A model generated the notes under the pieces. It ran no database searches. It was not told where the DNA came from and worked only from the letters and a program-made list of their open reading frames with translations. A program made the translations under genes and the position numbers. A stretch of DNA of 64,000 bases from Candidatus Brocadiia bacterium (GTDB lineage: Bacteria; Planctomycetota; Brocadiia; SM23-32). The DNA is taken from positions 19,926 through 83,925 of the forward strand of contig JBKHIT010000015.1 in assembly GCA_046538485.1 (NCBI GenBank). The letters run 5' to 3'. This document shows, one piece after another, positions 35,101 to 43,913 of this stretch (position 1 is its first letter; each line of letters begins with the position of its first letter).

Positions 35101-38033
35101 TTGTTCCGCGCGGCGAAAACGCCGGGAATTGTCTCAGGGTAACAAACATTTCAACAGGGGGGAGCTTTGGCGTAGATGCGCCTGTCAAAGACCACAAGAT
35201 TGATGCGCGTCTGGTGCATAAATTGCAATTTGATTACCGAATTTCGCGTCATTCGAAGATCAATCTTTACCTCGATATCGGCGGGAGACGGTATTTCGTG
35301 GGCATGACCGGGCCTGAGGAGTCGGATACAAAATTGCATCGTCTGGGTTTCATTGACGCCGAGACAGATGGGAAATGGCATTCCGCTACGTTTGAGCTCG
35401 GGGCGGTATACAGAGATGCTCTGAAAAATTCTTCCGAGGAGCCTGAAAGCCATAAGATACAGAAACTGGCCTTTGGTAATCTGCACCCTGGGTTGCTTGC
35501 AGGAGGGGTCGGAGGTAACCCCATGGGGGCGCGGTATTTTCTTGACAATTTCGCGATTCGGTCCGTGGGAGGTGGCCACTTTACAGCGAAGTTGAGTAAC
35601 GAGAAAAAGCCCGATTCACAAATTCTCGCAGTGGTCGATCAGAAACCCGATACTGTTCCTGCTCGGCCTGGTAGCCTGGAGCAGAAAGAACTTGCTTCCG
35701 GACTCTGGTATTGTCATACGCGCATCAAACCGGCAAAGGGGCGTGCAAGTGCTGTCCAGCATTTTCCGTTCCTTGTCACCCCGGCTCGAATTAGTTTGAA
35801 ACCAGTATCACCAAAAGATGCGGGCCCATGGGGGTACGGACCTATTCGATTTAAAATCGGGGAGGAAGCCGCTCTCAGGTTCGATGTTTCCGGCCTTTCA
35901 GCGCGGCTCAACGGGCAAAATTTGGTGCAGGACAGGCTTTTCGATATGGAGTGGGACCGCGGCGAACTGGTAATGGACCTGGTCCGAAGCGGTATTCAGG
36001 TGGAGAACGGAAAAACCGCTGATCTGCAGGTAAATTATAAAAACCCCGATGGGTCGGACGGGCGTTTGGGGATGAGTTTTCTCCCGTCGCTCAAGCACGA
36101 TAAAACACCTCCAACAAAGGTTGAACTGGTTGATTTGCGGTCGCCGAATGATTTTGAAGAACATATAGGCGCCTGGAAGGGGAGTTCTTATGGGCAGGTT
36201 ATGCGGGACAATTCAACGGCGGCCAGTGGTTACTGGAGTTTGCTGGCCCAGAACGCAAGCCTGGCCAGCCCGTTCACAATTTACGCTTATCCCGAGGGGT
36301 ATAGCGCGGGGCGTTATCCGATCATTGAATTCGATTACAAAATTCATGAAGCCGTTCGGGTTGACATGATTCTGAAGAACTCGTCCGGGTATTGCAGTAT
36401 AGGGTTCACCGATAACGGTGGCTATGGCCACAGACTGGGAGAAATTGAAAAGGTGAGGGCGGATAATCGTTGGCACCACGGCAGCGTTAATGTTCTGAAT
36501 CTTTTAAAAAAGTTACCGTATCGCAAGGGACTTTATACCCAGCAATGCTTGAGCTTTGCTGATCATGGCCATCGGGCATGTGCGCCGGGGGCTTACTACA
36601 GAATTGATAATTTCCGGCCGGTACCGTTGATTTCGCGTTCAGGAGGCGGAAGTATTCAGGTCAAAGCGCGCGATGCGGGCGGTGTAGAAGGGTACAGTTA
36701 CATTTGGACCACAAGCGCTACTGCGGAGCCGGATAATGTGATGGAGGAGAAATTGCCCTCCCGGCCGCCCTCCGATATTGAGTCGGATCAAATCTATCTC
36801 CACATTAAGGCCAGAGATAGAGCTGGAAACTGGGGCCCCAGTGAGCACTTCCGCTTTCTGGTCGATGATAAGCCTCCCCGGATTGCCCAGCCAAGACCTG
36901 GCGACGGTGTCAGGTCAGCTTCTTCGAAAATTACTTTTGATATTGAAGATGAGGTATCGGCTGTTGATCCCGGAACGCTGAAAATGACGGTAGGAGGTGT
37001 GGAGTATGGACCGGATAGCCGAGGGGTCGATTATCTGCCGAAGTCCGGAAGATTTGTCTGGGACTGGATCGATGGGGGACCTCAGAAACAGGATAACGTC
37101 CCGGACGGGAAGAAGATCAAAGTCACGGTGAAAGGGGCCGATTTCGCGGGTAATCGGGTCAAACCTTTTGAATGGGAATGGATCATGGATTATTCTCGCG
37201 ACAAAAAGCCTCCCACGGTTCCTGTTTTGGAATGTTCAAGTTTACCTGTCCTTCAGAGGGACGATTTTGAGGATGGCACTGATGGTTGGAACAGTCACAG
37301 CCATCCTGTGCGGGGAGCGCATCTGAAGCAGGTGGTCCGGAACAGGAAAAGCAACAATCGTTGTTTAAAGTTGACGGCCCGTCGCGGACGTAGCTATATG
37401 AAAGCTTACGCGGTAAGATCGAACTACAAACTGGACAGATATCCACTGATTTCTTTCGAGTATCGGATTCCCGAGAAAGTGCGTGTTAACCTTCTGCTTC
37501 GGATTGACGGCAAACGCTACGAAGTGGGGATGACGAACCCGAAGCTGGGATACAAAAAGCTCGGCGAGGTGGAAGGAATTGAATCAGATGGCAAGTGGCA
37601 CCATTGTCTTATTGATCTGAAAAAGCTTTTCCATGCGAGTAAACCAAAAGCTAAGAATCCGACCGTACAGCGTGTAAGTTTTGGCGATAATTCACGTAAG
37701 AATCGCGCCAAATCATACTGGATGGTGGACAATTTTATGATATCGGGTTCCGGGAAGTCCACCGCGGAATTTTCCTGGAAATCGCGTGATGTAAGCGGTA
37801 TCGGAGGATATTCGGTCGGTTTTTCGCCTGACTACGGTTTTGAACCGAAAAAAGAGCAGGTAACACAGGAGCTTGAGGGGCAATTCAAGGCCGAGAAAGA
37901 CAATCTTTACTGGCTGGTGGTGAGGGCCAAGGATTCAGTCGGGAACTGGAGTGGTTTGCGAAGATTCCCTTATCCTGTGTCCCGGCCAGAACCGGAGACC
38001 GGAGCGAAGAAAAGTGACGAGAAGGGGGAGTGA
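32139..38033 (+). CDS. Very large secreted multi-domain protein (beta-sandwich/CBM-like and Ig-like repeats), function unknown
   Basis: 1964-aa ORF with a signal peptide ending AEA. N-terminal part is LamG/DUF1080-like (GGGIGLY...YFDDV). Three copies of a FDY(R/K)I...LG...D-x-x-WH module and three D-x-x-GN Ig-like ends. Confidence 0.75.
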   Translation: MCKLYLSPTIVFLVACVALSPAEAGAPEPFKVDGHTYVPVGKHGGGAYTIRLSLAPSKGQKTLKGFGILFAGNRSGEGYWLSATEKEWELLRRQGSARDKIAAGKTNSILAGKRVEVRIKKHPWLLAIAFNGRVVCEVPVDSQSGGLVAVDVSRSSPASPPLIQDLSELNFSEQFMRAEDELDLKKSKVWKIHAGKWQIHSVRENVEIMNVEKLPEGRKPQINRSPNPFSVSGFAKKTGLIHTGKWFWDDYKVSMSVRNRGADAIGLAFNISDPKNYFLLRWENNAEYFKPTPMELVEVKNGKNAVIREVWVNGQRDEWFNLAVRTCGTRVQVFLDEAEIMDLRNDRIIGGGIGLYVEGGSEKAMAYFDDVRARTLKRIDFTDPQLIDNWPVERSGKWEPKSVDRQRRPSQVAPRLKSKNGVLVFGTKAWPAPVIRAKIPVPNGSQKTGFLLGSDHAGNGRFRVTVGRVGKNLSLAIEDQSGGKTKKLAFCEDIPVSDRKRVTLEVDATREGEINVCLDDTLQLRTVRAVPAGGKAGIFAQNAKGVSFEGLRVLFTREEDKERLPAEETFKDDPYMKHWSSAQGSWWPAGEGEEGFWHVGDFYGRSDVEIPLKEGVIFVYAAKEISRVGGYALVQKRMTANDSAFYRLTLLRKGQKVAEADVNSDKAPDDKIVFHKHDRYLWVTVGTKQLFCFRDPDPLPETKVAVSGISADDLAALEIHRYQVRDEYFEQATSDWLTVGRWDVTTRFTCDPRWSHMACMTDAAGVLMSKFEYEGDLTVEAFMGMRMHPGGQHYPRVGDLNLAFSRNIRELSSGYSFVVAGWDEFWSERATYLMKGTTQLAYCGERLLPAMRRPGERKRVINVPWIRGGRDVHGAWYYVKARKQRGELDFYVDNHQAYRFHDPQPIEKVRPAVWTYNAWIVVARIKISYQRRVIPGRLVAPPQQQKSTGLPAGCKLVSETHPGFSEGFEGKDSVWQTSDKEQGGQPEIVPRGENAGNCLRVTNISTGGSFGVDAPVKDHKIDARLVHKLQFDYRISRHSKINLYLDIGGRRYFVGMTGPEESDTKLHRLGFIDAETDGKWHSATFELGAVYRDALKNSSEEPESHKIQKLAFGNLHPGLLAGGVGGNPMGARYFLDNFAIRSVGGGHFTAKLSNEKKPDSQILAVVDQKPDTVPARPGSLEQKELASGLWYCHTRIKPAKGRASAVQHFPFLVTPARISLKPVSPKDAGPWGYGPIRFKIGEEAALRFDVSGLSARLNGQNLVQDRLFDMEWDRGELVMDLVRSGIQVENGKTADLQVNYKNPDGSDGRLGMSFLPSLKHDKTPPTKVELVDLRSPNDFEEHIGAWKGSSYGQVMRDNSTAASGYWSLLAQNASLASPFTIYAYPEGYSAGRYPIIEFDYKIHEAVRVDMILKNSSGYCSIGFTDNGGYGHRLGEIEKVRADNRWHHGSVNVLNLLKKLPYRKGLYTQQCLSFADHGHRACAPGAYYRIDNFRPVPLISRSGGGSIQVKARDAGGVEGYSYIWTTSATAEPDNVMEEKLPSRPPSDIESDQIYLHIKARDRAGNWGPSEHFRFLVDDKPPRIAQPRPGDGVRSASSKITFDIEDEVSAVDPGTLKMTVGGVEYGPDSRGVDYLPKSGRFVWDWIDGGPQKQDNVPDGKKIKVTVKGADFAGNRVKPFEWEWIMDYSRDKKPPTVPVLECSSLPVLQRDDFEDGTDGWNSHSHPVRGAHLKQVVRNRKSNNRCLKLTARRGRSYMKAYAVRSNYKLDRYPLISFEYRIPEKVRVNLLLRIDGKRYEVGMTNPKLGYKKLGEVEGIESDGKWHHCLIDLKKLFHASKPKAKNPTVQRVSFGDNSRKNRAKSYWMVDNFMISGSGKSTAEFSWKSRDVSGIGGYSVGFSPDYGFEPKKEQVTQELEGQFKAEKDNLYWLVVRAKDSVGNWSGLRRFPYPVSRPEPETGAKKSDEKGE

Positions 38034-38051
38034 GTCTGCGGGGAGTTGCAT

Positions 38052-38086
38052 AAAAAAAGCCCCCCGCATCCCGTAGGAGCGGGGGG
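38052..38086 (-). terminator. Rho-independent terminator of groES-groEL
   Basis: Minus strand CCCCCCGC-TCCTACGGGAT-GCGGGGGG-C-TTTTTTT. Confidence 0.8.
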
Positions 38087-38100
38087 GAGGAGCATAAAGC

Positions 38101-39714
38101 TCAATATTCCGGCATCTCGGGTTCTTCTTCGCCGTTTTCTTCGGGAAGATCGCCGACAATTGCATCAGTGCTCAAGAGCACAGATGCTACGCTGACGGCA
38201 TTTTCGAGGGCCGTTCTAACCACTTTGGTGGGATCGACCACGCCGCGTTCAATGAGGTCGCAGTATTCATCACTGGCTGCATCGTAGCCGAAAGCACCAT
38301 CCCCTTCGGCAACTTTTTCCAGGACGACAGCGCCTTCCTTGCCGGCGTTTTTCGCGATCTGTATAAGGGGGCGTTTGAGAGCGCGAGAAAGGATACCGAC
38401 CCCGATAGCTTCGTCACCGGGAAGATCGAGTTTGTCGAGCACTTTCGCGGCACGGACAAGGGCCACACCTCCTCCGGGAAGTATACCTTCTTCCACGGCG
38501 GCTCTGGTTGCGTGGACAGCGTCCTCGATTCGGTGTTGTTTTTCCTGCATCTCGACTTCAGTGGCCGCGCCGACATTAATCTGGGCGACGCCACCGGCGA
38601 GTTTCGCCAGCCGTTCTTCGAGTTTCTCACGATCGTAATCGCTGGTTGTCGAATCTATTTCGTTCTGAATTTGTTCCACACGACCTTCGATGTCCGAAGA
38701 GGCGCCTGCACCTTCTATAATGGTGGTATTGTCTTTGTCGATCTGCACCTTTTTGGCGCGTCCCAGGTCGGCAAGAGGCACGGTTTCAAGATCGATACCG
38801 AGTTCTTCGGTGATTACCTGCCCGCCTGTGAGAACGGCCATATCCTGTAGCATTGCCTTGCGACGATCGCCGAAGCCAGGCGCTTTGATCGCGGCGCATT
38901 GCAATACACCTCGTAGCTTATTCACCACAAGTGTGGCCAGGGCTTCGCCATCGACATCTTCGGCCATAACCACGAGCGGTTTGCCAGCCTGGGCGGCTTG
39001 TTCAAGAAGCGGAACCAGATCCTGTGCGGATGATATTTTCTCTTCCGAGAGCAGGATGTAAGCATCCTCAAGAACCACTTCCATGTTTTCGCGGTCCGTG
39101 ATGAAATACGGGCTGAGGTACCCGCGGTCGAATTGCATACCTTCCACGAGGTCAACAACCGTCTCGCGGCTTTTACCTTCTTCGACGGTGATAACGCCAT
39201 CGGTGCCGACTTTATCCATAGCTTCCGCGATTTGTTCGCCGATTTCTCGGTCGTTGTTTGAAGCAATGGCTCCGACGAAAACGATGTCTTCTTTGCCCTG
39301 GACGGGGTTGCTCAGGTTGCGGAGTTCTTCGATAACAGCATCGGCACTTTTTTGGACTCCCCGCCTCAACGCCATACCGTCGGCGCCGGCGGCCAGGTTC
39401 TTGAGGGCCTCTTCGAAGATGGCTTCCGCAAGTACCGTCGCTGTTGTCGTGCCATCGCCCGCAATGTCACTGGTTTTCGAGGCAGCTTGTTTTACCATTT
39501 CGGCGCCCATATTCTCGAAGTTGTCTTCGAGTTCAACTTCTTCGGCGACCGCGACGCCGTCTTTGGTCACTGTCGGAGCACCAAAACTTTTTTCAATAAC
39601 GACGTTTTTCCCCCGTGGGCCGAGAGTAGATTTAACGGCGCGGGCAAGTTTGTTTACGCCGCACCTGACGGCCTCACGAGCTTCCATCTGGTATGCTATC
39701 TTTTTGGGTGCCAT
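38101..39714 (-). CDS. groL: Chaperonin GroEL
   Basis: [40 protein letters not shown] and EEGILPGGG. Confidence 0.98.
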   Translation of the reverse strand: MAPKKIAYQMEAREAVRCGVNKLARAVKSTLGPRGKNVVIEKSFGAPTVTKDGVAVAEEVELEDNFENMGAEMVKQAASKTSDIAGDGTTTATVLAEAIFEEALKNLAAGADGMALRRGVQKSADAVIEELRNLSNPVQGKEDIVFVGAIASNNDREIGEQIAEAMDKVGTDGVITVEEGKSRETVVDLVEGMQFDRGYLSPYFITDRENMEVVLEDAYILLSEEKISSAQDLVPLLEQAAQAGKPLVVMAEDVDGEALATLVVNKLRGVLQCAAIKAPGFGDRRKAMLQDMAVLTGGQVITEELGIDLETVPLADLGRAKKVQIDKDNTTIIEGAGASSDIEGRVEQIQNEIDSTTSDYDREKLEERLAKLAGGVAQINVGAATEVEMQEKQHRIEDAVHATRAAVEEGILPGGGVALVRAAKVLDKLDLPGDEAIGVGILSRALKRPLIQIAKNAGKEGAVVLEKVAEGDGAFGYDAASDEYCDLIERGVVDPTKVVRTALENAVSVASVLLSTDAIVGDLPEENGEEEPEMPEY

Positions 39715-39726
39715 CGTCTGCCTCCG

Positions 39727-40017
39727 TTATTCAACAACTGCAAGAATATCGTCTTCCGACATCAGCAGGTACTCTTCACCTTCAACATTCACTTCCGATC
39801 CGGCGAACGAGGAGAAGATGACTCGATCACCTTCTTCCACTTGAAACTCTGCTTTCTCGCCCGAATCAAGTTGTTTACCCTGTCCGAGGGCGATAATTTT
39901 ACCTTCTTTCGGTTTTTCCTTGGCGGAATCCGGAAGGACAATACCACCCGGGGTAGTATTATCCGCTTCAAGCCTCTTGACGAGAATTTTGTCTCCGATG
40001 GGCTTTATTGTGGCCAT
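39727..40017 (-). CDS. groS: Co-chaperonin GroES
   Basis: IKPIGDKILV, TPGGIVLPDSAKEKP and EDDILAVVE; AGGAGG RBS before ATG40017. Confidence 0.97.
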   Translation of the reverse strand: MATIKPIGDKILVKRLEADNTTPGGIVLPDSAKEKPKEGKIIALGQGKQLDSGEKAEFQVEEGDRVIFSSFAGSEVNVEGEEYLLMSEDDILAVVE

Positions 40018-40097
40018 CGAAAAGCCTCCTGCATAACATGTGAAATGATAATGTGGCGGTTCAAAAACACAAACAATCCGTTCTGACACTGTTTTTC

Positions 40098-40113
40098 GCA
40101 AACACCGTGCCAA
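40098..40113 (-). promoter_or_regulatory. Sigma-54 (-24/-12) promoter of groESL
   Basis: TTGGCACGGTGTTTGC on the minus strand matches TGGCACG-N4-TTGC, about 80 nt upstream of groES. Confidence 0.75.
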
Positions 40114-40253
40114 TATGCTGTCCTGGCTTTTCAGAACTGTCTTTTGTGCACGGAGAAGCTCGCACCTGCTGTTTGAGCAAGACTCGGGTGCCGGCCGGCA
40201 CCTGCCATCGCTCTTGAAAGGGCGATATCCAAAGCAGCGATCGGCCTCTCTGC

Positions 40254-40309
40254 TGTCAATTTGGCAAAAGCTGAGCCCGGTCTCCACGGTCTGTCTGCCA
40301 AACTGGCAG
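40254..40309. promoter_or_regulatory. Two palindromic boxes, putative enhancer sites
   Basis: TGTCA-ATT-TGGCA (40254-40266) and perfect CTGCCA-AAC-TGGCAG (40295-40309); the same motif lies upstream of dnaK. Confidence 0.6.
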
Positions 40310-40355
40310 TGGCGTCAATTTGAGCTCGGGGTGTGCTTGGGATAAACTTCGCTTT

Positions 40356-42530
40356 ATGGCTGAGTCCACAATTTACTGTCAAAAATGTGAAAAAAGATAC
40401 GATATCCGCCTCCCCGTGGAGGGACTGAAGGTGAGGTGCACGACCTGCGGGGGCATTATGAGTGAGGGTGTTGACGAGTGGGGCACGGCGGGATACAAAA
40501 AGGACCGATATCGAAAAGAGAATATAGGCGGTTGCAAAGTCGAGAAAAAAATTGCCGTAGGACGGGATTCGATTACCTACCGGGCGATTCAGAAACGGCA
40601 TAAAATGCCGGTTCTCATAGAGATTTTTCCCCACGATGACCCTGCTTACGATGAAAGCCGAATTATCAAATTATTCCACGGATTGGCGGAAGGGTCAAAA
40701 ATTCGCCATCCTAATGTGGCGGCCATTTATGACCTTGGCAGAACCCAAGATTACGATTACGTGGTCAGAGAGTTGTCTGATGGGGGAAGTGTCCGGCGCG
40801 AGATTAATCGCAAGGGCAAATTGGAATTGAGGGCGGCCATGCCGCTTATCGAAGATGTTCTGCGGGCGTTACGCGTGGCAGAGAAAAAAGGATTGCACCA
40901 TGGACAGCTCAGCACGGATAACCTCAAGTTGGATTACGATGGGTCGGTCAAACTCGACCATTTCGGGCGCCCGTTGGAAGAAGAGGATCTTGATGAATTT
41001 ATCGTTGCGGGCAACGGTGTGGTGACCGGACCGGCTTATTATGTCTCGCCGGAACGGGTACGGCAGCAAGAGACAACTGACATCAAAAGCGATTTATACT
41101 CGCTCGGGGTGACGATGTTTGAAATGCTGTCAGGGAAACGTCCTTTCGGCGGGCGGACCGCTACTGAGATCATGGAATTGCGTCTTAGTGAAGATCCCCC
41201 TCGGCTTGCGGCACTTGAGCGAAATATGATTTCTGACGTGAGCAATTTTGTCCGGAATCTAATGCAACGAGATCCGGAGGACCGCCCCAAAAGCGCTTCG
41301 AAAGCGTTGGAACAATTGCGCGAAATCGGATTGGGGAAAGCGAATTCCGGTACGAAAGTGCAGAAGAGCCAGCCGACGGGGAAAAGCCGGAGACGACTCG
41401 GTGCAATTATTTGGACCTTGCTGGCTTTTCTGCTGGTGTTTCTGGCGATTACGCCCATGTATATGCTGACCCGGGAGGAAGAACAAAAACAGAGACAGGC
41501 CATGAAAAAAGCGGCACCTGTTTTGCAAAGAGGGAGGGTTCTTATTGTTGTTGAAAAAGATTCGGCACTCCCGGAAGATCAACGGCTTGCGTTGATGGGC
41601 CGCGCAAAAGTTGCCCTCGCGAGACTCCCTAAACTTGCGCCCCTCAGCCCGTTTTTGGCGGAGAGTTGCCTGGCGAAAGAAGGAGGATATGACCTCGCAG
41701 TGTTGAAAACGGATCCGGCATATTTGCTGCAGGTTGCACGAATTGCTGGCCAGGATCAGAAAACCTGGCAGGTTTTGTTTGCGAGTATTAAGGGGATGCG
41801 CTGGCGTCAAGAAGAATCTGTGGCTTGGGCAGAATCAAAGACCCCGTTTGAGGTTTTGAATGAGGCGTTGGAGAAAACTATTGCTCAAGCACTCAGCGAA
41901 ATGGGGGAAATCGAAGATCCTTCTGAGATAAGGACGTTGGCCGGTGAAGAAATTTGGCACAATATTGGTAAAGCTTTGAAAGCAGAAAGATCAGGTGAAT
42001 TCGCCGATGCCTATCGTGTTCTTGGCAATGCACAAGGCGAAAAAACACCTGACGTTCTGGTGGAAGTCCTCAAACAATATTACCGACTCGCGGATGCATG
42101 GACCGATGGGCGGTTTCCTGAAGAAGTGCCTTTGCCGGATTGTCAAGGCTTAAAAGGTGAATATCGTTACCTGGGCCGAACTCTCAGGGCATTTGTTGAG
42201 GGGAAAGAACAGGGCGGTGGAGTTGTGGCAGAATACCTCGTTGCTTATCCATATTCGGTTCGCGCGCACTTTTTATTGGCCGCATGGCGTGATCAACATC
42301 AGAGTCCTTCGGAAGAGATCCAGGCAGCCCTTTGGCGACTTCTTGAGCAGGACCCAGGATATTTTGGGGCCGTCCGGCTTGCTGGAAAATACGCGGCTAA
42401 ACAAGGGGCCGAACAGGTCGAGAGGTTTTTGAAAAATTACAGAAAAGCTGCCTGGTTACCTGAGCAAAAAAGGGCTGCCGAGGAATTCTGTGCGTCTCTG
42501 AAAGATAAATATGCAGAAGAAAATCAATAG
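40356..42530 (+). CDS. Membrane Ser/Thr protein kinase-like protein, predicted pseudokinase
   Basis: N-terminal CQKC...CTTC zinc ribbon and a Hanks kinase fold (HPNVAAIYD, GPAYYVSPE, SDLYSLGV). VAIK reads VLIE, HRD reads HGQ and DFG reads HFG. A TM helix precedes a helical extracytoplasmic domain. Confidence 0.8.
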   Translation: MAESTIYCQKCEKRYDIRLPVEGLKVRCTTCGGIMSEGVDEWGTAGYKKDRYRKENIGGCKVEKKIAVGRDSITYRAIQKRHKMPVLIEIFPHDDPAYDESRIIKLFHGLAEGSKIRHPNVAAIYDLGRTQDYDYVVRELSDGGSVRREINRKGKLELRAAMPLIEDVLRALRVAEKKGLHHGQLSTDNLKLDYDGSVKLDHFGRPLEEEDLDEFIVAGNGVVTGPAYYVSPERVRQQETTDIKSDLYSLGVTMFEMLSGKRPFGGRTATEIMELRLSEDPPRLAALERNMISDVSNFVRNLMQRDPEDRPKSASKALEQLREIGLGKANSGTKVQKSQPTGKSRRRLGAIIWTLLAFLLVFLAITPMYMLTREEEQKQRQAMKKAAPVLQRGRVLIVVEKDSALPEDQRLALMGRAKVALARLPKLAPLSPFLAESCLAKEGGYDLAVLKTDPAYLLQVARIAGQDQKTWQVLFASIKGMRWRQEESVAWAESKTPFEVLNEALEKTIAQALSEMGEIEDPSEIRTLAGEEIWHNIGKALKAERSGEFADAYRVLGNAQGEKTPDVLVEVLKQYYRLADAWTDGRFPEEVPLPDCQGLKGEYRYLGRTLRAFVEGKEQGGGVVAEYLVAYPYSVRAHFLLAAWRDQHQSPSEEIQAALWRLLEQDPGYFGAVRLAGKYAAKQGAEQVERFLKNYRKAAWLPEQKRAAEEFCASLKDKYAEENQ

Positions 42531-42814
42531 GGTTCGATGTCGTTCAATCGCGAAATGCTAACAATCTCCCGCACGAGAACCGTCACGGACCGCCGATTGA
42601 TACGGATTCCGTGTTTTTGGGTTTCCAGCAAGTACCGGCCTGTGGAGGTGCTTGTTTCATTGATGTTATGAACATCTGCATCTGAGAGAATCAGGGCGTT
42701 ATGAGATACACGTTCCAGCCGGCCAATGTAAACAAACGGGCTCCTGGTATCAACAACAATGTTTTCGCCGGCAAATTCTGAAAACGCTCCGGTCAGGTCT
42801 TCAGCAGGACTCAT
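42524..42814 (-). CDS. Small Sm/LSm-like fold protein
   Basis: GENIVVDTRSPFVYIGRL...LILSDADVH resembles the Sm1 motif; 96 aa with a GAGG RBS. Confidence 0.6.
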   Translation of the reverse strand: MSPAEDLTGAFSEFAGENIVVDTRSPFVYIGRLERVSHNALILSDADVHNINETSTSTGRYLLETQKHGIRINRRSVTVLVREIVSISRLNDIEPY

Positions 42815-43019
42815 TGACTTTGGCCTCGTTTGTTTTTTGTTTCATAAAATGAGGAAATTTGTTGCCTGTTTTTCTTTTGAGGATTTTCGGCTCCCAGCCG
42901 GCAAGATGTCAAGTTCGCGAGGGGAAATCCAGCCCGCAGCTGAAATTTATTGCACGTTTGGTCATAATATATCCAGAAGACACAAGAATTTATCGGCCGT
43001 ATGTCGGCCCGGAGGTTTT

Positions 43020-43913
43020 ATGTTCCCTTTTGGGAAACGATCGAAATCTCGCTTCAGCGGTTATTTCGTCAACCGGCTTGTGCATCGGGGGGAGAAATCG
43101 TTGGTCTTTGAGGGTTCGGGAAAAAAGACAGCTCGCAAAGTGGCGATCAAACTCTATACGCGTGCTTATGATAAAGCCGCAGCCCGAATGGAACGCAAGT
43201 ATGATATCCCGCCCGAAAAAAAAGTTGGGCTTGAGCTCAATCCGGCCGAAAGGGAAGATTCCTCCGAGGTGCCGATAGCAGCAACTATTGGGGGCGGGCG
43301 CGAGTATGACAAGCGGAGGGGCGCGCGATATATTGTTCAGGAGTTTGTTGATGGCGTATCGCTCAAACACCTGATTGCATGTGAAGATCCACTGGTGGCC
43401 AAGAATCTTGGTTCGTTTGTCTTTCAGTGTTGTCGCGCTCTGCGTAAAGTCCATAAAAAGGGATACGTCTATCGAGATTTTTGTACGGATAATTTGCTTA
43501 TTTTGCGGCCGGATCGCCTGAAACTGATCGATTTGGGGTTTGTTGCCCCTTCGGGTGTTGCGTACGAGGAGCGTAGCGGGACCCCGACTTATATGTCGCC
43601 GGAACAAATTCAGGGGAAAAAACTGGGCCCGCCGACGGACATTTATTCCCTTGGGATCGTAATATACGAAATGCTGACGGGAAGTCCACCTTTTGTGTCC
43701 GACCAAATCGGTGAGAACACGACAGCTGTCGAGAAACGAAGCGCGCAATTGATGCGTCAACACCTTGAGAAATCCGTGCCACCTTTGCCTGAAGAAACTC
43801 GCCAGCAAAATCGCATACTTGCGGGGATTTTACCACGCTGCCTGGCGAAGAACCCCGCGCATCGTTATGACCGTATTGATGAACTTATCGGCGAATTGGT
43901 GCGTTCTCGGTAG
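43020..43913 (+). CDS. Cytoplasmic Ser/Thr protein kinase
   Basis: VAIKLY, VYRDFCTDN, LIDLG, GTPTYMSPEQ and DIYSLG all intact; GGAGG RBS before ATG43020; no TM. Confidence 0.88.
   Translation: MFPFGKRSKSRFSGYFVNRLVHRGEKSLVFEGSGKKTARKVAIKLYTRAYDKAAARMERKYDIPPEKKVGLELNPAEREDSSEVPIAATIGGGREYDKRRGARYIVQEFVDGVSLKHLIACEDPLVAKNLGSFVFQCCRALRKVHKKGYVYRDFCTDNLLILRPDRLKLIDLGFVAPSGVAYEERSGTPTYMSPEQIQGKKLGPPTDIYSLGIVIYEMLTGSPPFVSDQIGENTTAVEKRSAQLMRQHLEKSVPPLPEETRQQNRILAGILPRCLAKNPAHRYDRIDELIGELVRSR

Noticed and set aside
40018..40355. CIRCE/HrcA operator upstream of groES (also checked 60186-60450)
   Set aside because: No match to TTAGCACTC-N9-GAGTGCTAA found by eye.
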